This document shows, piece after piece, positions 33,232 through 41,316 of a DNA stretch of 41,316 bases (positions are counted from its first letter, which is position 1; every line of letters starts with the position of its first letter). The notes beneath the pieces were generated by a model. The model was not told the origin of the DNA. It did not search any database and was given only the letters and a program-made list of their open reading frames with translations. The stretch covers positions 1 to 41,316 of the IMG/VR virus record IMGVR_UViG_3300024986_000171; one strand, written 5' to 3'. This stretch comes from a virus (taxonomy: Duplodnaviria; Caudoviricetes). The position numbers and the translations under genes are program-made.

Positions 33232-33554
33232 TCGAGATCGCGCGGCGACTCGTTTCCGGCGGCCGGGACGACCGAGCGATCCAGAGGAATGCCGCCGCCG
33301 CGGGGCTGCGGATAGAGCTGCCGCCGGACACGAGTCTCGAGGTATGGCCCGAGAACTGGACAGTGATGCAGGTCGCAGTGCGGATGGCCTCGCAGTTGAA
33401 CGTCGGGTTCAGCGGCGTCGTGGGATTTCGCTACGAGGCCCTGCCTGTCGTCATGAGGGCGCTACATGTGGGCACTACCGGGCAGCTCGAGGTGCTCGAT
33501 GCACTGCGTGTCGTTGAGGGTGAAATCGCGCGACGGCTCAACGCGAGGCGCTGA
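33222..33554 (+). CDS. Frameshift extension of the tail chaperone (gpT/DUF1799-like), reached by programmed -1 frameshift
   Basis: Heptamer AAAAAAC at 33222-33228; the -1 frame reads LIEIARRL...EVWPENW...GFRYEAL...LRVVEGE up to the TMP start. Confidence 0.8.
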   Translation, partial: KKLIEIARRLVSGGRDDRAIQRNAAAAGLRIELPPDTSLEVWPENWTVMQVAVRMASQLNVGFSGVVGFRYEALPVVMRALHVGTTGQLEVLDALRVVEGEIARRLNARR

Positions 33555-35446
33555 TGGCTGACCCGCAGTCCAAGTTCATCCTGCTCGCCGAGGATCGCGC
33601 CTCGGCAACGCTCAAGCGCGTCAGCACCGAGTTCTCGGGCCTGGGAGAAGCGGCCAAGTCCGCCGCGGGCCTGCTGCTGGGCTTCGGTGGCGCGCTTTCG
33701 CTGGGCGCGATCGCCGTGCAGATGAAGCACGTGGCCGACTTGCAGGATGAGTTCGGTAAGCTCAGCCAGCAGCTGGGCGTGGGCGTCGAATCGCTCACCG
33801 AGCTTGATTACGCCGCGAAGCTCTCGGATGTTTCAACCGAGGACCTGGCAGCCGGAATCACGCGCCTGACTTCCAAGATGGCCGACGTCGCCCAGGGCGG
33901 CAAGGAGGCGGCGGCAATCTTCGAATCGCTGGGCGTGAAGGTCAAGAACACCGATGGCACGCTACGGCCTGCCGAAGAGGTCCTGAAGGACATCGCGCAG
34001 CGCTTCAGCGAGTTCGAGGACGGTTCGACCAAGACCGCATATGCGGTCGAGATCTTCGGGCGCGCGGGCGCCAAGCTCATCCCGTTGCTCAACAGCGGTC
34101 GCGCTGGCCTGGCCGATATGGCGAACGAGGCGCGCGCACTTGGAATCGTCTTCGACGAGAAGGCAGCCAAGGCGGCCGAGGAATTCAATGACAATCTCAC
34201 GCGGCTCTCGGAGGCCGCGCGCGGCCTGAAGATGGAACTCCTGCAGGGACTCATCCCGCAGGTGACCGAAATCACCCAACGGTTTCTGGACGCGCGCCGG
34301 GAGGGGCTGGGTTTCATCGACGCGATCGATGTGGCGGCGAACCTCAAGGGCCTTCGCACGGTGGACGAACAGATCGCCGACGTCCAGCGGCGGATCGCGG
34401 ATGCGAGGTCCGGAAAGTGGACAGGGTTCTTCGGCACCGAGAACCTCAAGGATCTCGAGGCGCAGCTACTCAAGCTCCTCAAGCTCAAGGACCGCTTCCT
34501 CTCGCGTGAGACCGCGGGCACAGAGCTGACCATCGATTACTCCGAGTTCGGCGCGCCGCAGAAAGCGCCGCCGAAGCTCAAGCCGGCGACGGATCCAGCC
34601 GCGGACGCGGCAAAGCGCCGAGAAGAGGAGATGCGTTCGCTCATCGACGCCGCGATCCAACGGGATTTCGAGCGCTACCAGAAGGATGTCGAGGCGCTCG
34701 ACGCTGCGATCTCCGCGGCGCTGGATCGCGAGGCCGACCGCCTGGAGAAGGCTGCATCGGCCTGGAAGGATGTCATCGATCCTACGCGCGAGTACGTCCG
34801 CCAGCTTCAGGAGATTCGCGATCTCGTCGCGTCAGGCGACCTCACCAAAGAACAAGGCATTGCCGCCGAGTTCGAGGTGCAGGATCGTATGCAGGATGCG
34901 ACGGTGAAGCCCGGGCTTGAAAAGGCGGCCAAGGCATTTGGCGAGATCGACGAATGGACAAAGGAGGCTGCGCGAAACATCCAGGATGAGCTCGGCGACA
35001 ACCTCTACGATGTGCTCGATGGTCACTTCGAGAACATTGGCAAGAGCTTCGGCAACATGCTCAAGCGCATGGCGGCAGAAGCGCTCGCGGCGGACCTTGC
35101 CCGTGCGATGTTCGGAGATTTTGCCAAGACCGGTGAGGTCGGAGGATGGCTTGGCGAAGGACTCAAAGCAATCGGCACGCTGATCCCGACTCACGCGGCG
35201 GGATTGGACTACGTTCCCTATGACGGCTATCTCGCGCGGCTGCACGTGGGCGAGCGCGTGCAGACGGCGGCCGAAGCTGCTATCGGCCGCTCTAGCGGGG
35301 GCGTCGAGATCAATCAGACCTTCCATTTCGGTGCGAACGTGAATCGCGCCGAGATGGCTGCGTGGGCGGAACGCATCCGTCAGCAGACGATCGCCTCGAT
35401 TCGCCAGGCCAATCAATCCGGCGACTACGCTTTCACCGGAACTTGA
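33554..35446 (+). CDS. Tape measure protein
   Basis: Long Ala-rich helical protein after the chaperones; LSQQLGVGVESL..LDYAAKLS, IFGRAGAKLIPLLN; C-terminal HAAGLDYVPYDGY.A.LH.GERV. Confidence 0.9.
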   Translation: MADPQSKFILLAEDRASATLKRVSTEFSGLGEAAKSAAGLLLGFGGALSLGAIAVQMKHVADLQDEFGKLSQQLGVGVESLTELDYAAKLSDVSTEDLAAGITRLTSKMADVAQGGKEAAAIFESLGVKVKNTDGTLRPAEEVLKDIAQRFSEFEDGSTKTAYAVEIFGRAGAKLIPLLNSGRAGLADMANEARALGIVFDEKAAKAAEEFNDNLTRLSEAARGLKMELLQGLIPQVTEITQRFLDARREGLGFIDAIDVAANLKGLRTVDEQIADVQRRIADARSGKWTGFFGTENLKDLEAQLLKLLKLKDRFLSRETAGTELTIDYSEFGAPQKAPPKLKPATDPAADAAKRREEEMRSLIDAAIQRDFERYQKDVEALDAAISAALDREADRLEKAASAWKDVIDPTREYVRQLQEIRDLVASGDLTKEQGIAAEFEVQDRMQDATVKPGLEKAAKAFGEIDEWTKEAARNIQDELGDNLYDVLDGHFENIGKSFGNMLKRMAAEALAADLARAMFGDFAKTGEVGGWLGEGLKAIGTLIPTHAAGLDYVPYDGYLARLHVGERVQTAAEAAIGRSSGGVEINQTFHFGANVNRAEMAAWAERIRQQTIASIRQANQSGDYAFTGT

Positions 35447-35447
35447 C

Positions 35448-36050
35448 ATGGCGGCCTACGACTATCCGGTGTCGGATCTGTTTCTTCCCGCTTCGTGCAA
35501 GGTTTGGATCGCGCCTAACGTGCTGGTGGTCACCTCGCCGCTCACGCAGCAGAGCACGGTGCGCGACCTGGTGGGAGACAAGTGGCGCATGCAGCTCGAC
35601 TTCGATTGGGTCGCGCGCGGCGATGCGGTCGATGATCAAGCGTCGCGCGAAGCGTTCTGGAATTCGGTCGGTCTCGCGAACACCGTGCGCCTATGGCACT
35701 TTGCGCGGCCCGTTCCGCGCGGCACGATGCGCGGCTCGCCGACACTGGGCGCCGCCGCGGCCAAGGGCGCCACATCGCTCTCGATCTCAACCACCGCCGG
35801 CGCGACGCTCTATGCAGGCGACATGATCGGCGTGGCGAGCCAATGGCTACAGGTCACCGCGAACGCCAGCGCCGACGGCGCCGGCGCGATGGCGGTCTCC
35901 GTCGCGCCGAAGCTTCGTGCGGCAGTGGCCTCCGGCTCGGCCGTGGCATGGAGCCGGCCAACCGTGGAGTTCCGCTGCGTCGCGCCTATCGAGATCCCGT
36001 ATTCATACGGTCCGTCCCCTGGTTTCACGGTCGACTTGGTCGAGCGATGA
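35448..36050 (+). CDS. Distal tail protein-like
   Basis: Follows the TMP; SPLTQQ...GDKWRM...P.LR pattern. Confidence 0.65.
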   Translation: MAAYDYPVSDLFLPASCKVWIAPNVLVVTSPLTQQSTVRDLVGDKWRMQLDFDWVARGDAVDDQASREAFWNSVGLANTVRLWHFARPVPRGTMRGSPTLGAAAAKGATSLSISTTAGATLYAGDMIGVASQWLQVTANASADGAGAMAVSVAPKLRAAVASGSAVAWSRPTVEFRCVAPIEIPYSYGPSPGFTVDLVER

Positions 36051-36622
36051 AAACCTACGACCCCTCGGCCGCGGCCGCGTTCGCCGGCGACACGCCGATC
36101 GCGATGTACATCCAGTTGGACTTCGCGTCCGGTACGCAGCGCTACTGGACCGGCGGCGCCGACACGACTTGGAATGGATTCTCATGGATCGGCGCCGGCG
36201 GCGTCGTGTCAATCGGCGAGATCCGCGAGACCGAAGAGCTGATCGCCACCACGGTGCCGCTACAGCTCGCGGGCACGTCCGATGCGCTCATCGCGCTGCT
36301 GCTCTCGGAAAAAGTGCGTGGGCGTCTGTGCACGCTATGGTTTGCGCCGCTGGGCGCGACGCTCGACCCCATCGGCACACCACCCATCGAGTTTCGCGGC
36401 AAGCTCGACGAGCCAGCCATCCGCATCGAGGCGCCCGAAGCCACCGTCCAGGTCAACGTGGTCTCCGCGCTCGCGGACTTCGCGCGCCCGAAGGAGCGCC
36501 GCTACAGCAACGAGGACCAGCAGCTCTACTACCCCGGCGACACCATTTTCGACGGCATCCACGAGACCGCGGAGATGGTGGTGGTGTGGCCGAACAAGGA
36601 ATGGTTCAAGGCTCATGGCTAG
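36047..36622 (+). CDS. Tail tip/hub protein (gpL/DUF2163-like)
   Basis: LDFASGTQRYWTG...WIGAG...RYSNEDQQ.YYPGD..F; ATG 36047. Confidence 0.7.
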   Translation: MKTYDPSAAAAFAGDTPIAMYIQLDFASGTQRYWTGGADTTWNGFSWIGAGGVVSIGEIRETEELIATTVPLQLAGTSDALIALLLSEKVRGRLCTLWFAPLGATLDPIGTPPIEFRGKLDEPAIRIEAPEATVQVNVVSALADFARPKERRYSNEDQQLYYPGDTIFDGIHETAEMVVVWPNKEWFKAHG

Positions 36623-37019
36623 GCGGGAGGATTGGCCGGAGCGTCTCGCGACGTTCCTCGATGCGCGCCGCGAGCGCGCGTTCGCCTGGGGCTCGCATGA
36701 CTGCGTGACGATGGCTGCAGACTGGATCATCGAGGCCTCCGGCGTCGATCCGATCGAGGATCTGCGGGGGCAGTGGAGCGACGAGATCGCGGCGGTGCGC
36801 CTCATCGCGAGTCTCGGAGGTCTGCGCCTGATCACTGAGCGGCGCCTTGGCGCGCCCATCAGCCGCGCGCTCGCGCAACGCGGCGACCTGGTGCTGCACG
36901 ACCTCACCGGACGCGATGGCCTGGGTATCTGCATCGGCGCGGAGTTCGCCGCGCCCGGGCTCGAGGGCGGCATCGTCATGGCGTCGATGGAGCACGCGCT
37001 CATGGCCTGGAGGATCTGA
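36615..37019 (+). CDS. NlpC/P60-like tail assembly protein (gpK-like)
   Basis: DWPERL...FAWGSHDC...AQRGD. Confidence 0.8.
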   Translation: MARREDWPERLATFLDARRERAFAWGSHDCVTMAADWIIEASGVDPIEDLRGQWSDEIAAVRLIASLGGLRLITERRLGAPISRALAQRGDLVLHDLTGRDGLGICIGAEFAAPGLEGGIVMASMEHALMAWRI

Positions 37020-37020
37020 C

Positions 37021-40009
37021 GTGCCCGGGTTGCCAGCGGCGATCTTTGCGTGGGTGTCGGCTCTTTCGGCCGCCACGATCGTCAAGGCCATCATCACCAC
37101 GGCGCTCATCGTCAATGGCGTGCAGCAGGCCAAGCGCGCCAAGCGCAAAGCGCACGCTCACGATCCGTTCCGCGGTGGCCGCGCGCACCATCGTCTATGG
37201 GCGCGCGAGGGTGGGCGTGGTGTTCATCCGCAAGCCCATCATGTCGGGCGACTACAGCGAATTCATGCACCTGCAGTTCGCGCTCGCCGGCCATGAGATC
37301 GATGCGATCGAGGACATCTGGTTCGGCGACGAGTCGATCGGCCCGCTGGACGCCAATGGCTACGTGACCGGCGGCAAGTACTACCGAGGCGGCTCAGAGC
37401 CAGCGGGCGATTCGGCCTACGTGCCGGGCTCACGACAGATCACGCTCACCTATGCGCCATCGTCGATCCAATCCGTGGCGCTGTCGCTGGGAGACGGCGT
37501 CTACGATTACATCCCGAGTGGATCCATTACCGTCGCCGGGAACGTGATCACGCTGCCTGCGACGTGGAACGGCGCCCTGACAGAGGGGCGCTACGCGACG
37601 GTGACCTACACCCGCTCGACAGGCGCCGCCTACGTGCGGGTGAAAAAGTTCCTCGGGACCACCGCCGGTGAACGCGACACCGAGCTCGAGGCGCTCGCGC
37701 CAGGCATCTGGAAAGCTACGCACCTCGGCAAGGGCGTACCGCGGCTGCACATCACGATCCAGTACGACGACGCGCTCTTTCCATCCGGCCTGCCGGAGAT
37801 CACCGCGATCGTTCGCGGCAAGCGCCTCTATGATCCGCGCACCAGCACGACGGCCTGGAGCATGAACAGCTCCCTGTGCTCGCGCGATTACATCGTCGAT
37901 CCGCTGGGCCTGGGCGAGACACCCGGCTACGTCAACGCCGCCCGCGCCATCGCATCGGCCAACGTCTGCGACGAGGCGGTTTCGCTCGGCGACCTAACGC
38001 AGCCACGCTACACCTGCAACGGCGTGCTCTCCACTGCGGACAACCGGCTCGAGAACCTCGGCGCGATCGCAACCTCCATGGCGGGCAGCGCGGTGTACTC
38101 CGGTGGGGAGTGGCACATCAACGCCGGGGCGTACTCCGCGCCGGTGATGGATCTCACCGACGACGATCTCGCCGACGGCCCGATCGAGCTTGTCACCGAG
38201 ACTCCAACTCGTGACATCTTCAACGCGGTGCGCGGCAAGATCATCGATCCGTTGCGCGGGTACCAGGAGGTCGAGTTCGCGCCCTACGTCTCGCCGGTGT
38301 ACGTCGCCGAGGACGGTGGCGAGACCATCTTCCAGGACATCGTTCTGCCGCTCACCGACGATATTTTTCGGGCGCAGCGCCTCGCGAAACTGATCCTGCA
38401 TCTCTCGCGCCAGTCCGTGGGGCTGAGCGCCTGGTTCAAGGACGCGGCGGCGCGCCTGCAACCCGGCGATACCGTGCGCCTAAGCGTGGGGATCTTCGGC
38501 CAGGAGCTGAAGACCTATCGCGTCAAGGACCGTCGGTTCACGTTTCCGGGGCGTGTGCAACTGCTGCTGCAGGAGACCGCGGCCGCGATCTACTCGTGGT
38601 CGTATACCGAAGCGATCGGTTACGACCCGACGCCGAATACCACGTTGCCCGATCCCAGCGTGGTCGCGCCAATCACCGGGCTCACCGTCACGAGCGGCCC
38701 GACGAAATACCGCGTGATGATGGACGGCTCGCGCCAGGCGATCATGACCATCGCCTGGGATGCCTCGACCGACATCGCGGTGCGCTCGAGCGGCGCGATC
38801 ATCGTGCTGGTCAAGCGCGCGATCGACACGCAGTACGAGCGCATCCGGCTCGACGGGGATGCGACCTCGGTCGACTACGACGTCGCCAACGGCGAGGCGT
38901 ACAACCTCATCGTCTACGCGAGCAACGGGCTCGCCGAGGGCGACGCGGAATTCACGACGCACCAGGTGACCGGTGCGCCGGTGAACACGCCGGCGAGCGC
39001 CTCGATCACGCTCGACCGGTTCGCCGCGCTCGCACTGAGCGGGATGTCGATCACCCCGGACCCCGGGTTCGAGGACCTCACCGCCTGGAGCATCAACGGC
39101 ACGATCACGCGTCAGCTCGTGACATGGAACCGGTTCGGACGCTACGCAATGCGCGCCGATAGTGCCTCGGCGTATCTCTATACGAAGCGCGTGCCGATCG
39201 ACGCCGCACGGCGGTATCGCGCCACCGTCATCATGAACGCGACTGCGGGATCGAATCGCCTCGCGTATCTGATGTGCATTTTCTACGATGCGAACGGCAA
39301 CGTGATCACTGGGTCATCGGACCCCGCCGGTTGGCCCGCCAGTGGTACGTATCACTACTTCGGTCTGGTGGGGCAGGAGCCGCCGGAGAACGCGCTCACC
39401 GAGTACAGCGTTGCCTTTGGTGGCGGAGAGGCGGCCGGCATTCCGTCGAGCGCCAAGTTCGTCTCAATCGGCGCGCTGCTGAACTACGATGACGGCGCCG
39501 CGCGCACGGGCCAGAACTGGCTGTGCCACGCGCGCATCCAGCAGATGCAGGACACCGCACTGCTTGGCACATCCTCTGGCACCGAGGTGAGCTTCTCGAT
39601 CAATGCTGGCGGTTCGATGGCCGCAGGGCCTGGCGCACTCGGTGAGTACCTGTGCTACGTCAATGTCACGAACAGCAGCGATCGCGACGCAGTCATCTCC
39701 GCGAGCGCTCAGGGCTACCTGCGCGTCTATTACGGATCTGTCGACAGCCCAAGTTATTGCACTGCTCTGCTCGCCGCCGGCTCCATGAAAACGCCGCTTT
39801 TCGGCGGCTCTGTGCGCGTAGCCGAGTGCACGTCGGGCAGCGCAGGAAGCAGCTTTTCGCTCGAGAACTATGGCGTGCTCGCCGCGGGCCAGAGCACGCA
39901 GGTCTACGTGCTCGCGTCCCGATTCAACCGGCGCAATTCCGGGCCCACCGAATACGCGCAGATGGACTACGGGTCGTGCACGTTGCGCGTGGAGCTCATC
40001 AAGATATGA
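37021..40009 (+). pseudogene. Tail tip / host-specificity protein (gpJ-like) interrupted by a frameshift near 37150
   Basis: N-terminus MPGLPAAIFAW...QQAKRAKRKA (GTG 37021 after GGAGG) is in a different frame from RTLTIRSAVAARTIVYGRARVG...GKRLYDPR...RYTCNG...AQRLAK. Confidence 0.7.
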
Positions 40010-40455
40010 GACGACTGCAGTTCTACGATCCCGAGACGGGGATCTTCAGTCCGCGCGGATACTGCGGCCACGCCGTCGAGCAGAACGTGCCTGCAGGGCT
40101 CGCCGCGTTCGACGTGACCGATGTAGTGGACTTCGACTGGCAGGCGATGCGAGTCGAATCCGGCGCGCTCGTGGACTACCGGCCGCCAGCGCCGCCGGAC
40201 ACGGAGTTCGAGACCTATGCATGGGATGCAGCGACGCGCCGCTACGTGTCGACGCAGACCGCGGCCGGATGCTGGCGGGGCGTGCGCGCAGAGCGCGATC
40301 GCCTGCTCACAGCGTGCGACTGGATCGTGGCGCGCGCGCTCGAGCGTGGCGAGGAGGTGCCTCCCGCCTGGCGCGAGTACCGCCAGGCGCTGCGCGACAT
40401 CACGCTGCAGGCCGACCCGCTGGCCATCGTGTGGCCGCAGCCGCCGCAGAGCTGA
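40006..40455 (+). CDS. Tail fibre assembly chaperone-like protein
   Basis: RAERDRLL..CDW...WREYRQALRDIT.Q......WPQPP. Confidence 0.85.
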   Translation: MRRLQFYDPETGIFSPRGYCGHAVEQNVPAGLAAFDVTDVVDFDWQAMRVESGALVDYRPPAPPDTEFETYAWDAATRRYVSTQTAAGCWRGVRAERDRLLTACDWIVARALERGEEVPPAWREYRQALRDITLQADPLAIVWPQPPQS

Positions 40456-40457
40456 GC

Positions 40458-40877
40458 ATGGTGCGTCTGCTCATCAGCATGCTGGTCGCGCTCGCCGCCG
40501 CCAGCGCGTCCGCGCAGACCCTGATGTCCGGGTTCATCTCGCGGCATTCGAGCGGCGAGTACTGCGAGTCAAATCCTGGCATCGGCGTGCGCATCGACGC
40601 CGGCGCATGGGCCGGCTGGGCGGTCGGCGTCTACCGCAACAGTCTGTGCCGCACGAGCGTGTACGTGGCGCGCGAGTGGACGCACCGGGTCGCGGGACCG
40701 CTGCACTTCGGCATGCTGGGCGCGCTGGCAACGGGCTATCGGTGGGCCGTCATGCCGGCGGTGCTGCCGGAGGTTGTGCTGCGCTTCGAGCACTTCGAGG
40801 CCGCGCTTATCGTGCAGCCGCTGAGCATCGAGCAGTCGCCGGCGTTCGTCGCCGCGCAGCTGCGTTGGAGGTTCTGA
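40458..40877 (+). CDS. Small outer-membrane beta-barrel protein (PagP-like pattern)
   Basis: Signal peptide ending ASASA; SRH....CESNPGIG...GVYRNS...SVY...ATGY; C-terminal LRWRF. Confidence 0.7.
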   Translation: MVRLLISMLVALAAASASAQTLMSGFISRHSSGEYCESNPGIGVRIDAGAWAGWAVGVYRNSLCRTSVYVAREWTHRVAGPLHFGMLGALATGYRWAVMPAVLPEVVLRFEHFEAALIVQPLSIEQSPAFVAAQLRWRF

Positions 40878-41215
40878 TGGAAGCGCGCGAGCTGGTGGAG
40901 TGGCTATCGTTTCTCGGGCTCAAGGTCGTGACACTCGTGGCCGGATTCTTCGGCGCCACGGTGGCACTGACGGTGGCGCCGAAGCTGGGGCCTTGGCAAC
41001 TCATCACATCGATCTTCGGGGGCTTGGCGATCGCCGTATTCCTTGAGCCGCTCGTGAGCTACTACCTCAGCATTCCTGCGCAGGCGCAGGGCGGCGTCGC
41101 CTTCGGGCTCGGGCTCGCGGGGCTGATCATCGCCGCCGGAATTGTTGAGGTGGCGAAGGCGCTGCCACAGATTGCGATCCGAAGAATTAAGCGCATCTTC
41201 GGGGACGTCGAATGA
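40877..41215 (+). CDS. Putative holin
   Basis: 112 aa, three hydrophobic segments (AGFFGATVAL...; GGVAFGLGLAG), basic C-terminal tail. Confidence 0.75.
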   Translation: MEARELVEWLSFLGLKVVTLVAGFFGATVALTVAPKLGPWQLITSIFGGLAIAVFLEPLVSYYLSIPAQAQGGVAFGLGLAGLIIAAGIVEVAKALPQIAIRRIKRIFGDVE

Positions 41216-41316
41216 TGACCATGCTCTATTCGATCATCTGCGCAGTCATCTGCCTGCACGCGATCGTCGATCTCAACGCATCAACGCGGCGAACCTCACG
41301 CCTGCATCGCGGAATC
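41212..41316 (+). CDS. Partial membrane protein (second lysis gene?), truncated by the window end
   Basis: ATGA overlap; MMTMLYSIICAVICLHAIVDLN. Confidence 0.5.
   Translation, partial: MMTMLYSIICAVICLHAIVDLNASTRRTSRLHRGI

Larger units (their letters stand above)
1..41316. mobile_element. Lambda-like (siphovirus) prophage, nearly complete; att sites and end of lysis cassette outside the window
   Basis: Ordered modules: integrase, early operon, cI/cro, primase, terminase, portal, capsid, tail tube/TMP/tip, holins; no sheath gene recognised. Confidence 0.96.

Noticed and set aside
37021-40455. A third, remote VR in the tail-tip/fibre genes
   Set aside because: No TR-like sequence (GCCTGGGCGCAG...GCTGTCCGCAGA) found by eye here or in 25554-28448; a BLASTN of TR against the whole genome is needed to exclude targets outside the window

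Overview
A nearly complete, high-GC, lambda-like temperate siphovirus prophage; a betaproteobacterial host is inferred but not proven. The window runs from the integrase start codon (base 1) to the holins (truncated at the right edge), so the att sites and endolysin lie outside it. Gene order: int (+); a translationally coupled leftward early operon (xis-like, AP2-like, MazG-like, small ORFs, a complete diversity-generating retroelement, ParB-like, dNMP kinase); a brnT-brnA toxin-antitoxin moron and an exported protein; a cI/cro switch with five operators; cII-like, HNH-like and primase-VapE helicase genes and an iteron-rich origin; cos, terS, terL, a Mor-like activator, gpW and portal; a 5.4-kb inserted fibre/peptidase module; a ClpP-capsid fusion; non-contractile tail genes; a small outer-membrane beta-barrel; holins. 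The highlight is the DGR (RT, Avd, one 110-bp TR). It feeds two adjacent small DUF1566/CLec-like genes without signal peptides, located in the early operon rather than the tail module, and each VR differs from TR at 7 positions, all TR adenines. Also notable: two near-identical late promoters that appear leaderless, a frameshifted tail-tip gene, and a helically phased AGGGA array. All product calls come from motif recognition by eye; no database searches were run.
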